This document shows, piece by piece, positions 43,001 to 52,063 of a DNA stretch of 60,446 nucleotides; positions within the stretch are counted from its first letter, which is position 1; the number at the start of each line of letters is the position of its first letter. Source of the stretch: an uncultured Clostridia bacterium (GTDB taxonomy: Bacteria > Bacillota > Clostridia > Christensenellales > DTU072). The notes under the pieces are model-generated. The model saw nothing but the letters and a program-made list of their open reading frames with translations, searched no databases and was not told the DNA's origin. The stretch covers positions 1 through 60,446 of the forward strand of contig CALVNL010000005.1 of NCBI GenBank assembly GCA_944349655.1, given 5' to 3'. Position numbers and translations under genes: made by a program.

Positions 43001-45913
43001 CACCGCAGCCGCAAGCAATGCGCCGTAAAGGAGGTTTTCCAAGACGGAATCCATCATAAAATCAATGGTGTCCCCGTCGCTTGCTATAACGCTGTAACTG
43101 AAAGAAGGATTGCTTTCTTTCTCGCTTTTCAGTTTAGCCATAACTTTGTCCACTACTTCCGTGGAAGGAGAATCCGGATCTTTTTCTATGCTGAGCACCA
43201 CCGAAGCTCCTTCGGTAAACCCGTTGCCGTTATTCTGAATAAGTGTGGCTATCTGTTTTGTTGCGTCGTTAAGGAACAATACGTCCGCAATGGACTCCAG
43301 TTCCATACTGACGTAAACTTCCTCGGTGTTTTCTTCCAGTGTTTTTTCCAACACGTTAAAATCTATGGCGTAAGTTTTTATACCGGTATCGGGATTTTCG
43401 GTGATTACCACCGCCCCTTCTCCGCCGTACTCTTCCAAAGTACGGATTAAATTCACTAACAGATTATAATTCTGTTCCGGCGTTCTTCCTCGGAAAAAGT
43501 CCATATACAGGTCGAAGGCTTCTTCTCCTATCTCCTGTCTTATCGAATCCATACGACTTTCGTAATTGGAATAAATGTTTAACCTCGTTTCCAGGGCTTC
43601 GGTAAAATAATTCTTGTAATTTCCCCACAACCTCACGGGGGTGACGGTTTCGCCTTCGGGGAACAGTCCCTTTGCAGCGGGATCGGCTTGCTGTGCGTCC
43701 TGTCGCGCTACTATATAGGATAATATCTTCCTCTGCCAGTTGTCTTCCTCGCTTAAAGCGTTGACTTCGGAATTAAACCCTTCGTCCGAAGCCATCTTCT
43801 CTTTCCAGGCGGAAATAAAACTTTCGGACAAATACCCCTCGGTACCGTAAACGTTGTTTGCGAGTTCGTCGACTGCCCATTCGGCATAAGCCTTAGCGTC
43901 GGCAGGACGGTTCGCGTTGAGTAAAGCTACCGAGCTTTCGAAGCATTTTTTGTAATAAGCGGTGTATGCAGCCGTCCATTCCGTTTCGGCCACGGGAAAG
44001 ATCTCTTCCCTCGCCACTACATTCAGAATAACCTTTCCGAGGTGTAAATTTTCGTCGGAGGCTATTCTCGCCAGAGCCGAAGCGAAATTTTCGTCGTTAC
44101 TTAGTAAAGTTCTCCAGGCGGTTAAGACGCTTTCACTGAGAGGATAACTCTGCGGAAAACCGAACCCGGCGTATTTTGCGGCTTCTTCCATAACGTAATT
44201 GACCGCATAATTTTTCAAAGCGGCGGCGTAAGAAGTTTCGTCGAGGACGGAGTTTTCGTCGAGATAATCGTTTTTGTCGGGTCTGCCGTCGGCAAAACCG
44301 TCTCTTCTTTCCGTAGCTCTTTCGTAATAGAAAGTGGAATAACTTTCATCCCAGACGACTACGTCGGCTATTACCGCTTCGTCGGCAGGATACAAAGCGT
44401 TGTTCTTGACCAGACCGAGGAGAAGAGTACGCCATTCCAAGGGTCTTTCGGTTTCCCATGCTTCTATGTAAGAAAGATATTCCGGGTCGCTTTCGATAAT
44501 CTGTTTCCAGGCGGTTTTTCCGTTTTCAGACATAAAATTGGGCATATAGCCGTACTGCGAAACGGTTTCGTCTATGACCCATTGAGCGTAGTCGTCCACT
44601 TCTTCGTTCGCCCAGCTGAGCATTTCCGAAAGATTATGTAAATCGGTATCCGTCAATGTATAAACTCCGTCTTCGGAAGCTAAGGCAAGTATGGTAAGGA
44701 CGGCTTTGATTCTGTTTACGTACTGTTCGGCAAGTTCCCCTACGTTCACGCTCACGGCGGGAGTTTTCATAAAGTCCTCCCTGTCGGCTATATTGTCTCC
44801 GAGCTGAACGATAATACTGGTTGCGCCTTTGGTTACGCTGCCTGCCGGCACGTCCAGGTCCTGAGCGTAGATAACCTGGGTCAGAACGTCGGCGTTAATT
44901 GCCGAGAGGGTGTCTTTAAGATACGCCGAAAAGAAATTAACTACCGTTCCGGCATACACTTCATCGACAATTCCGTCGAATATTTCACGATTTTCCTCCC
45001 CGTCTTCGAGAATGAAACGGTTATCGAGGAGCAAATCTATGCTTTCTATGGCTTCGGCGCGGAAATTACTGTCCTTACGGGAAAGTTCGGTAATAACGAG
45101 GTCGAGTATTGCGTTTTCCGCTCCGCTGCCTTCCCCCGTTTCGATTTGTTCGGAAAGTCTTTCCAGAAGTCTGTCCAAAACCTTTGCCGGGTCTATCTCT
45201 CCGTCGGTGGAAAGCGACGGGTCGTTCTCGGCTTCGTTAATAATGCTTATGAGTTCTTGTCGTATGTTTTCCTTTCTTTCCGCGCTTAAAGTAAGGGTCA
45301 TATCGTATTCGGCAAGTAGTTTATCGATGAACGACTGCGTGATTTTACGGGAGTTTACGTTCATATAAACCATATCGGAAACCAGTCCGTTGGCGTTGAC
45401 TCTCGCAACTCCGCTGACCGAGGCTATGGCTTCGGTAACTTTCGAAAGATAACTTGCGGCTTCTTCGTTGGTCTGTCCTTCGGACGATATGCTGACCGTC
45501 ATAGTACTTAAAAGAGAAGGATCGACTTCTATAATAATGGGTTGATTGAAGAACTCGTCGGAAGGAAGAGCGGTTAGTTCCAACTGGCTCTGAATATCCT
45601 GTTTGACTTTATCCACGGAAGCCGAATAATCCAATTGAAGGGTTATCATTGAATAATGCTCGGCGCTGGTGGAAAAGATTTTATCCACTCCGGAAACCTT
45701 CGCTATGGACGCTTCTATTGGGTCGGTAACCTCTTTTTCCACGGTATCGGGAGACTGCCCGGCGTAAACGGTGACTATTACCATATAAGGCAATTCCATT
45801 TCCGGCAACAAGTCCACGTTGGTATTCAAATAAGAAACCACCCCGAGAGCAATGACTATTATCAACATTACGACTACGATAAGCGGTTTTTTTACACTGA
45901 TGGCAGAAAGCAT
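40094..45913 (-). CDS. AcrB/SwrC-family RND transporter with very large extracytoplasmic insertions
   Basis: DLLPEMELP, VEKEVTDPIE, GMLVDNSIIVLENI, ASTLTTVVVFLP, GVAVNNGIV and RLRPILMTTLTT; 1939 aa. Confidence 0.92.
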   Translation of the reverse strand: MLSAISVKKPLIVVVMLIIVIALGVVSYLNTNVDLLPEMELPYMVIVTVYAGQSPDTVEKEVTDPIEASIAKVSGVDKIFSTSAEHYSMITLQLDYSASVDKVKQDIQSQLELTALPSDEFFNQPIIIEVDPSLLSTMTVSISSEGQTNEEAASYLSKVTEAIASVSGVARVNANGLVSDMVYMNVNSRKITQSFIDKLLAEYDMTLTLSAERKENIRQELISIINEAENDPSLSTDGEIDPAKVLDRLLERLSEQIETGEGSGAENAILDLVITELSRKDSNFRAEAIESIDLLLDNRFILEDGEENREIFDGIVDEVYAGTVVNFFSAYLKDTLSAINADVLTQVIYAQDLDVPAGSVTKGATSIIVQLGDNIADREDFMKTPAVSVNVGELAEQYVNRIKAVLTILALASEDGVYTLTDTDLHNLSEMLSWANEEVDDYAQWVIDETVSQYGYMPNFMSENGKTAWKQIIESDPEYLSYIEAWETERPLEWRTLLLGLVKNNALYPADEAVIADVVVWDESYSTFYYERATERRDGFADGRPDKNDYLDENSVLDETSYAAALKNYAVNYVMEEAAKYAGFGFPQSYPLSESVLTAWRTLLSNDENFASALARIASDENLHLGKVILNVVAREEIFPVAETEWTAAYTAYYKKCFESSVALLNANRPADAKAYAEWAVDELANNVYGTEGYLSESFISAWKEKMASDEGFNSEVNALSEEDNWQRKILSYIVARQDAQQADPAAKGLFPEGETVTPVRLWGNYKNYFTEALETRLNIYSNYESRMDSIRQEIGEEAFDLYMDFFRGRTPEQNYNLLVNLIRTLEEYGGEGAVVITENPDTGIKTYAIDFNVLEKTLEENTEEVYVSMELESIADVLFLNDATKQIATLIQNNGNGFTEGASVVLSIEKDPDSPSTEVVDKVMAKLKSEKESNPSFSYSVIASDGDTIDFMMDSVLENLLYGALLAAAVLFIFLLRIKPTLTVSMSIVFSVVVTFVLMYFAGITLNLISMCGLVLGVGMLVDNSIIVLENIQRLRLQGKSNFAASVQGAKQMGGAIIASTLTTVVVFLPMVFVEGLVKKIFTDMALTVCFSLLASLLVALTLIPSATTYFVTKPPAKENKVFKTIKRGYAKALNFSLNNKWIAIILTVVLLAGSAFAVFSTAKTEIFPSTYLGLITVNFEISEEAIDERNAGLSVMDDAYFTYDDALAEIKDQVTDVFKQYPDIASAAVYLSAGMNIGGMNIGGGALTASVNLVDSDKRTIDPQILCDELESELNIKGGKLYSATVAMSSIISYATMDSGYYLNVNLFGNDYSEMNARSQELGKLLEKLDGVTYVNSDVETADEVYKLSVDKATASKYGLTVGQIYLQLSQKLSSVSSSHTLRIYNENDSSERTSSDVYIYSSDYVNTSWYNAISPDGKEVKLYFLNNINDGEGKADYYVYNESGITLFVKNPDGKAEAVYDGGKIYLRKENGFFVYDCAVITPEEDGTHTVSYEKKTYKVDDFAKFYSVKKEEIDLVNLEIQSEDLLGTGAATVNIPLYKLLNDDSFVKDENGNVIYRTTETGEKIPASIASTPGYTSVKHADGRKQIALSVGYDPDSVSAKELESSVQKVLDEFFGEDNSVTAEIAQGNEMMEEVFNNLYLILGFGIALIYLIMVAQFQSWKKPFIVMFAIPLAFTGSFLAILITGIELSAVALMGIIVLMGVAVNNGIVFVEYTGQLIDSGADKRTALIRTGIDRLRPILMTTLTTVCAMFIMAFDNSDYGKLLAPLAITMLGGLIYATLITLFLVPIMFDIFNRKAKVSNAVKMMREANVTNVDVFDVFELTDEKDVAFIEKVVGEDRTGILTIAARKISALCKENKEKRKEKQDKKPKNYKKTRKTVTPKEEPTVREDGSENGKDVSVEATEERTVNVSEEVEIKESASFGEDTEKQKDTDV

Positions 45914-45951
45914 TTTTCCTCCCGGAATTTTTTATCTTAAACTTTTGAAAA

Positions 45952-47220
45952 TTATTCTTTTTTCCCGAAATCTCCTCCGTAAAGGTTCCATTCGTAATAA
46001 TCGTTTTCATTTACCTGTTCGTACTTCAACACCGTACGTTGCGGAACAACGGTATCTACGGAAGCGAATATGGGGTCGGACTCGTCCAGCGAAACGTCGT
46101 AAACGTAACTTTCGGACAGTTCGAACATCAATTTGAATTCGGTAAGCCCGTCGGCGCCGCCCGGAGCCCGTACGAATGCGTGAAACGCCGTCAACACCTC
46201 CTGTACTTCCTCTGCCGTAGCCAGTCCGAGTTTCACGAAAGCGTCTTTAATTACTTCGTCTCTCACGGAAAAATCCACGGAAAATACGGTGTCCGTACTT
46301 TTTAGCAGTCCGTTTCTGTCGGCGGAAGCGTTTACGGTAAGGTCTCCCACGGTAAAGAGACTCTTTATGGTTTCCAGATATTCGTTGTAAACGCGTACCG
46401 GCAGAGACTCTTGGTCAAAATTACCTTTCTCGAGATTTTCGGCAATAAAATCTCCCGCAAAATCCGTTATGCTCTGCACGAGTTTACCCGATTCGTAGGT
46501 AAAACGGTAGCGATATCCGTCGTCCTTTTCGGAATAAGCGTTAGAAAGGGCGTTTATTAAAGAAGCGGGGTCCTCGGGGATAAATAAAGGTTTGACGGCT
46601 TCCTCGATATAATCCATCGCACTCAGCTGGTCGGAATCTATGTCATCGATAAATTTATTTACGTCGGAAGTCGAAGCCCCGAAAAATACGTTCATGGGAA
46701 CCTGAGTTTTGTTGCCTTGCTCGTCGGTATCGTTAAAATCATAGACAAAATCCGCATTTTCGTCCTCTCCTACGACGTCGGCACGGGCATTTATTACGTC
46801 TTCCGTAAGTCCTGCCTGTAAAATCAGAGATTTTTTACCGTTAAAAAACTCCGCTATATCGGAATAACCGAATGCCGCCACAAATGTCATAACCGCTAAG
46901 TTGAGCGCCGATGACAATTTGAATTCGTTAGTGGAAATTTTCCCTTCCAGAAAAGTTCTTTCCCCGTCGGTAGCTCTGTAAAGAGAAAAGGTATTGCTTA
47001 TCCTCATCGGAGCGCCGGTATTGTCGTAAAACGCGAAAGTGGTTTTCAAAGCGGTATTTATTCCGATGACGTCTTTTTCCGAAGTGGATTTCAACGCCGA
47101 AGCAAAAGTTAACTCGTCTGCAGGCTTGTCTTCAGCGCACCCGACGAGTACGAAACAGGATAAACATACAGCCGCAACAAGTAAAGCCGTCAGAAACATA
47201 ATTTTTTTATTTCTCCGCAT
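45952..47220 (-). CDS. lipoprotein of unknown function, co-transcribed with the RND gene
   Basis: Lipobox LVGC; AGGAGG RBS; 38-bp gap to the RND start; TTGAAA-17-TATAAT promoter at 47311-47283. Confidence 0.75.
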   Translation of the reverse strand: MRRNKKIMFLTALLVAAVCLSCFVLVGCAEDKPADELTFASALKSTSEKDVIGINTALKTTFAFYDNTGAPMRISNTFSLYRATDGERTFLEGKISTNEFKLSSALNLAVMTFVAAFGYSDIAEFFNGKKSLILQAGLTEDVINARADVVGEDENADFVYDFNDTDEQGNKTQVPMNVFFGASTSDVNKFIDDIDSDQLSAMDYIEEAVKPLFIPEDPASLINALSNAYSEKDDGYRYRFTYESGKLVQSITDFAGDFIAENLEKGNFDQESLPVRVYNEYLETIKSLFTVGDLTVNASADRNGLLKSTDTVFSVDFSVRDEVIKDAFVKLGLATAEEVQEVLTAFHAFVRAPGGADGLTEFKLMFELSESYVYDVSLDESDPIFASVDTVVPQRTVLKYEQVNENDYYEWNLYGGDFGKKE

Positions 47221-47365
47221 AGCTCCTCCTTTCGGTTTTTCCGGATAATCGATATACCTTTTACTTCCTTCTTAATTAAATAATTATATCTTATATCTAC
47301 GTTTATTTCAATACGTATCGACAAGCGTATTCTTCAGAAAGCTTAAATTTTCATAAAAAAACATA

Positions 47366-47398
47366 AAAGGGCTGTTCTGAAATAGAACAACCCTTTTT
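47366..47398 (-). terminator. intrinsic terminator after the metallophosphoesterase gene
   Basis: AAAAGGGCTGTTCT-gaaat-AGAACAACCCTTTT. Confidence 0.7.
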
Positions 47399-47418
47399 AA
47401 GTTGTGAAAAGAAAGAAA

Positions 47419-50400
47419 TTATCTTTTTCTGTTCTTTACCGCTGCGGTGATTACCGCTATTACGGTAGCCACTGCCACCACTCCGACCAGACACAACGCA
47501 ATGATGAGGTTGAGGTCCATTTTCTTGTCGATATCCACGGTGCTGCCGCCACTGAAAGAACCGTCGGCAGAATATTCTCTGACGTACTGATACCCGTAAT
47601 AATAGAGTTTTTCGCCGTCGAAAACGAGTTTACCGAAAGTCGGATCGGCAAGTTTACCGTCGTCGGTATGCAACGATTCTCCCGTGTTGGTCGGGACGGA
47701 GGGGTTATCGACGTAATTGTAGAATTTTTCGCCTAACGTTCCCATGGTTACATAAAGCGTTCCCTTCGTCGAAATTTCGTTTTTCCCGTTGGCGTTGGTG
47801 GAAATTTTATTTCCGTTTCCGTCGAGATAGAAGGTTTCGTTATAAACGTGGTCGTGTCCGGCAAGCACGAGATTAACGCCTTTCTCGGCAAAAAGCGGAG
47901 TAAGCTGAGCTCTCATACCTACTACGTCTTTATCGTAGGAATGAGACCCTTCGCTGTAAAGGCTCTTGTGCATAATCACTACCTTGTACTTTTTCGAAGT
48001 GTCGGTAAGATCCTTGACCAGCCAGTCGTACTGAGTCTTGCCTAATCCGTAAGTATCGTTTCCGTCGGCATTTTCCGTTACTTCGATATCGTTGGTGTTC
48101 AGTACCACGAAATGCACGTCGGAATAGTCGAAAGAATAATAGAAACCGCTTTTTTGCGTTTGTGCAGAGGTCAGTTCGTAATTGAAGTGCGACCATAAAT
48201 AGTTATATTCGCCTGTGTAAGCGTTCGCACTCGCCCCTCCGTAATAATCCACGTTGGCGGTGTCGGCAAATTCAAAGTATTTTGCGTCGTGATTGCCTGC
48301 CGCCACTACCATCGGATAGGAAGCGTAAACGTCGTCGGAGGAGTTGATAAACCACGTAAACTGTGAAAGATTGCGGGCATTGTCCACCACGTCGCCGGGA
48401 TTGATGATAAAGTCGAGTCCGTCGGCAAACTGCTTGTTCAGAATATCTTTATAAATTTTATCGATTCTCTGATAAGCCGACTGCGTGCTGGACTGAAGGT
48501 CGGAAGCTATCAGAACTTCGAAAGTTCCGTCGTCGGTCCCGGTAGTGAAGGTGTACCAGTCGCTCCAGTAACCTTTGGAGGGGCTGCCTACTCTGTAAGC
48601 GTAAGTGGTTCCGGCTTCGAGTCCGGTAAGTTCCACCGTGTGACGGCTGTATTCGGTATATCCGGTCTGACACCAGATACCGAGGTCGATAAGCGGTTTG
48701 GTAGTACCGTAAATCTTCGTAACGGCACTCACCGTTTTTGCCCCGGTCTTGCCCTTTACGTCGGTAGTGTACTGAATGGCGCCGTCGGTAACTCTGCGAT
48801 CGGTAAAGTAGGTAAAGTTACGCGTAGTGGACGGGTCGGACCCGAAATTGTTGGTAAGCATACTCGGTTTTTTGCCGTTCTCTACCGTAATCACCTCGTC
48901 ACGTTTCTTATCGATAAAGGTGTACTCTTCCCCGTCGTAAACGGTAATAAGCGTACCCTTTCCGTTGTTATGGTCCAGTACGTCGATATGTCCGCCGTCA
49001 CTGCCGAAAGAAGCCATTATCTGAGCGGCGTATTCTCCTAAACTCTGTTTGAAGTTGTCGGTAAGGTATTTGAAAACTATTTCGTCGATAACTTCGGGTA
49101 TGGTATTGTTGACGAGGTCGATTTCCACGCCCAGTCCGGAAATAAGGTCTTTCACTAAATCGACCTGTACTGCGGATTTGACTATCTGGCCGAGATTGAA
49201 AGTAGCAAGACTGAAATCCTTAACGCCCAGTACCCCGGTAAGCAGCTTCAAAGTCGAAGCAAAATCCGTGGAAATACCTTTACTGAGATCGAGAGTGGTT
49301 TCGCTCAGTCCGACGATAATTCTCATAAGTCCCGTTTCCCTGTCGAGCAAGGTTTCGAACAGGAAATCCACGAATTCACCGCTCGTAAGCTGTTTCAGAA
49401 GAGCTGCGTGAGTTGCGGGCATATCGGAAACGGAAGCCCAGTCCTCGCCGGTACAGTGCCTTACATAGCAATCCATAAATACCGACAACATCGTAGCGTC
49501 TTCTCCCACCTGAGCGTGAGCGACTTTATAGACCATTTCTTCCAAAAATCCGAATATTTTCATATCCTCCGCCTTATATCTTTCGGTACTGCCCTTATAA
49601 GTATAATCGGCGAGAATTTTTGTATTGACTTCGGAAATGAGATTATTCGCAAGCTGAACTATATCCTTGGAAAACTTACCGAGATTTATGTCAAGACTTC
49701 CGAAACTGAAAGACAATCCCGCCACGAGATCTCCGAGTTTGTTCGTGATGGTGGGACGCAAGAATTCCGCAATATAGTTTTCCAGTACGTTATCGTAAAT
49801 CCTTCTGCGTGCGTAAGAGGAATAATCGGTAATGGTCTTGGTATTGTAATTGAGGAATTCCCCTACTTTGTTACGGGCGACGTAACCGTATTTGTCGCCT
49901 GCGAAAACTTTATCGAAAAGTTTTTCGCTGTGGAGAGTTTCGTTTGCGTATGCGCTGAGAAAAGCCTTCTCGGCATAATCGCCGTCCACGTTACCGGTTT
50001 TTATTTCGGTAATTTTAATATGGCTGCCCACGCTTACGTTGGCGGAGGATTCCATATCGATAATCTGATTGCCGTTGAAAGAAATTTTGCTTACCGTATC
50101 GTTGGCGTGCATATGACCGGTGTAAACGTATCTCATTCCGTAATCGGCAAGAAAATCGCTGACTTCCACCCAGTTATAGACTATAAATCCGGTGGTAATT
50201 TCTTCTTCCATTTCCCAGTGCGGAAGTATGGAGTGGTGAGCAGATCCCGTAACGAGAGTTTCCACTCCGTAAGGACGGGCAAAGGAGGAATTTTCGGTCA
50301 TCCATTCCTGAGTTTCGTTCTGAAGCTGACCGCCGAGAACGTGTCCTTCGTCGGCGTTGGAGAGTACCACGTCCATTCCCACGAAGGAGAACTGACCGTC

Positions 50401-51321
50401 AACTCTCTGCGCAATGAACGTCATCTGTCCGATATCGAGGTCGGTACCGTCGCCTTTGGTTTCGTAGGTATAGCACATATCCGTAGAGCGGAAGAAAGCC
50501 GTATTGTCGATGGTCTTGACTATGCCTTGATTCAACATTTTTGCCAAAGTAATTTCGTCGGCATTGTCTTGATCGGGATGATAAACTCTGTTCTGAGTTC
50601 CGTTTTTGGTAAGGAACTCCCAGGTGTAGTTAAAATCGGAACTTAAATCGCTTCTCACGAAAGTATATCCCGCGGGCAGGTCTGCGGAAAGTCCTTCATA
50701 GAAAAGAGAGGCTTCTTCTTCCGTCATATTGGGATAACCGAGTCCGGCATAAATCTGAACCGCTTCGATACGGGTGGTATATAAATGCGTTTCTCTGGTT
50801 CCGGTAGCGTTGTCGAAACGGAAGGTATCCTCGTTATAAAGGTCGTGGTTGCCTAATATCACGAAAATCTGAAACTTGTCGTTACCGGTTCTTGTCCTGA
50901 TAACATTCTGCAAAGCACGGAGTTTATTGGCTACGTCGATGTGACTTAAAATTTCCCCGTCCTGACCCACGTCACCGCTGAGTACGATATAATCGGGAGT
51001 GTTTACGAGGAAGTTTTCCAAAGCCTTGTCAAAAATAGCTTCCGCTTCCAACCACATTTTGGTGCTTTTGCTCATTATGTAGTTGTAGAAATAATATTCG
51101 TCCTCGGTGTCGATAGCCGCCCCGTCGGTATAACACAAACGGAAAGGATAATAGTGCGTATCGGTAATGTGCCCGATAGACACGCTTCCCTCTTCGGTGA
51201 AACTATCCGTCTGCGCCAGAGCCGATTCCGACACGGTCAATCCCGCCAGCACGACGCACAGTATCAGTATGACTGCCGCCACGGCTACGAATAATCCGTT
51301 ACGTTTCAGATACGATTTCAT
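47419..51321 (-). CDS. membrane-anchored extracellular protein with two calcineurin-like metallophosphoesterase domains (the second of purple-acid-phosphatase/FN3 type)
   Basis: Signal peptide. Domain 1: DTH, SGD, GNHD, HH, GHMH. FN3 segment HTVELTGLEAGTTYAYRVG. Domain 2: SDLQ, GDVVD, GNHD, HK, GHDH. C-terminal TM followed by KNRKR. Confidence 0.85.
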   Translation of the reverse strand: MKSYLKRNGLFVAVAAVILILCVVLAGLTVSESALAQTDSFTEEGSVSIGHITDTHYYPFRLCYTDGAAIDTEDEYYFYNYIMSKSTKMWLEAEAIFDKALENFLVNTPDYIVLSGDVGQDGEILSHIDVANKLRALQNVIRTRTGNDKFQIFVILGNHDLYNEDTFRFDNATGTRETHLYTTRIEAVQIYAGLGYPNMTEEEASLFYEGLSADLPAGYTFVRSDLSSDFNYTWEFLTKNGTQNRVYHPDQDNADEITLAKMLNQGIVKTIDNTAFFRSTDMCYTYETKGDGTDLDIGQMTFIAQRVDGQFSFVGMDVVLSNADEGHVLGGQLQNETQEWMTENSSFARPYGVETLVTGSAHHSILPHWEMEEEITTGFIVYNWVEVSDFLADYGMRYVYTGHMHANDTVSKISFNGNQIIDMESSANVSVGSHIKITEIKTGNVDGDYAEKAFLSAYANETLHSEKLFDKVFAGDKYGYVARNKVGEFLNYNTKTITDYSSYARRRIYDNVLENYIAEFLRPTITNKLGDLVAGLSFSFGSLDINLGKFSKDIVQLANNLISEVNTKILADYTYKGSTERYKAEDMKIFGFLEEMVYKVAHAQVGEDATMLSVFMDCYVRHCTGEDWASVSDMPATHAALLKQLTSGEFVDFLFETLLDRETGLMRIIVGLSETTLDLSKGISTDFASTLKLLTGVLGVKDFSLATFNLGQIVKSAVQVDLVKDLISGLGVEIDLVNNTIPEVIDEIVFKYLTDNFKQSLGEYAAQIMASFGSDGGHIDVLDHNNGKGTLITVYDGEEYTFIDKKRDEVITVENGKKPSMLTNNFGSDPSTTRNFTYFTDRRVTDGAIQYTTDVKGKTGAKTVSAVTKIYGTTKPLIDLGIWCQTGYTEYSRHTVELTGLEAGTTYAYRVGSPSKGYWSDWYTFTTGTDDGTFEVLIASDLQSSTQSAYQRIDKIYKDILNKQFADGLDFIINPGDVVDNARNLSQFTWFINSSDDVYASYPMVVAAGNHDAKYFEFADTANVDYYGGASANAYTGEYNYLWSHFNYELTSAQTQKSGFYYSFDYSDVHFVVLNTNDIEVTENADGNDTYGLGKTQYDWLVKDLTDTSKKYKVVIMHKSLYSEGSHSYDKDVVGMRAQLTPLFAEKGVNLVLAGHDHVYNETFYLDGNGNKISTNANGKNEISTKGTLYVTMGTLGEKFYNYVDNPSVPTNTGESLHTDDGKLADPTFGKLVFDGEKLYYYGYQYVREYSADGSFSGGSTVDIDKKMDLNLIIALCLVGVVAVATVIAVITAAVKNRKR

Positions 51322-51471
51322 AATGCCGCTCTCCTTTTTGAAATATTTACTTTTTAATTAAAAATATATTTATATTACGTAATTATAGCAAAGTAATTAT
51401 AACAAATCACCCTCCGAAAGTCAATACCGTTTCCTCGGGGAAAAAGGCGTGATAACGGAAAAGTTTACCTG

Positions 51472-51499
51472 TTGACAAATTACAGTTAAGTGGTATACT
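51472..51499 (+). promoter_or_regulatory. sigma-A promoter of the 6S RNA
   Basis: TTGACA-16-TATACT with an extended -10 TG. Confidence 0.75.
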
Positions 51500-51505
51500 G
51501 AAAGT

Positions 51506-51690
51506 GTACTGAGGTGTACGTAATTGCAAGTTCTTTTTTAACCGCAAACTATAGAAAAGGGATTTCGGAGTCCGGACTCGGATGTCACGCCCTCGCCGAA
51601 AGGTATGGTCAGGGGAAGGCAGAAGATATGGCAGTTAACCCACCTGCGAAAGCGGGTTTTAATCCCTTGCGATTACGGCACGCTTGGTTC
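51506..51690 (+). ncRNA. ssrS: 6S RNA
   Basis: About 185 nt between promoter and terminator. The 5' ACTGAGGTGTACGTAATTGCAAG pairs with the 3' CTTGCGATTACGGCACGCTTGGT. Contains ACCCACCTGCGAAAGCGGGTT, typical of Bacillota 6S 3' arms. Confidence 0.82.
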
Positions 51691-51697
51691 CTTGGTT

Positions 51698-51731
51698 AAA
51701 AAAAGACCGCCTTTCTGAAAAGGCGGTCTTT
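51698..51731. terminator. bidirectional intrinsic terminator (6S RNA / hisR)
   Basis: AAAGACCGCCTTT-ctga-AAAGGCGGTCTTT. Confidence 0.85.
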
Positions 51732-51756
51732 CCCTTGTTTTTTGCTAAATATAAAC

Positions 51757-52059
51757 TCAATCTTTTTTCTCCGCGTCGGAAAGACCTTTCAATACCGAAG
51801 CGTATCCGCCGCTTCCGCGATGAACGCAGTTGCTGACTCGGCTTAAGGTCGCGCTTGAGATATCGGTCTGCGCAATAATTTTCGCATAAGTCTGACCTTC
51901 GAGAAGCAATTTCGCCGCACGCAGTCTCTGTGCGAATTGTTCCAGTTCCGTTGCGGTAAAAATATCTTTGAAAAACGACTCGCAGGTCGCTTCGTCGGAA
52001 ATCGCCACCACGGCTTTTATCAGGTCATCCGTCATATCGCGGGTAATTTTTCCGTCCAT
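51757..52059 (-). CDS. YerC/YecD TrpR-related repressor (HisR-like)
   Basis: FFKDIFTATEL...QRLRAAKLL...TYAKI...SSATLSRVSNCV..GSGGY. Confidence 0.9.
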   Translation of the reverse strand: MDGKITRDMTDDLIKAVVAISDEATCESFFKDIFTATELEQFAQRLRAAKLLLEGQTYAKIIAQTDISSATLSRVSNCVHRGSGGYASVLKGLSDAEKKD

Positions 52060-52063
52060 TTTT

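Noticed and set aside
51514-51699. 61-aa ORF
   Set aside because: GTG start without an RBS; coincides with the 6S RNA structure.
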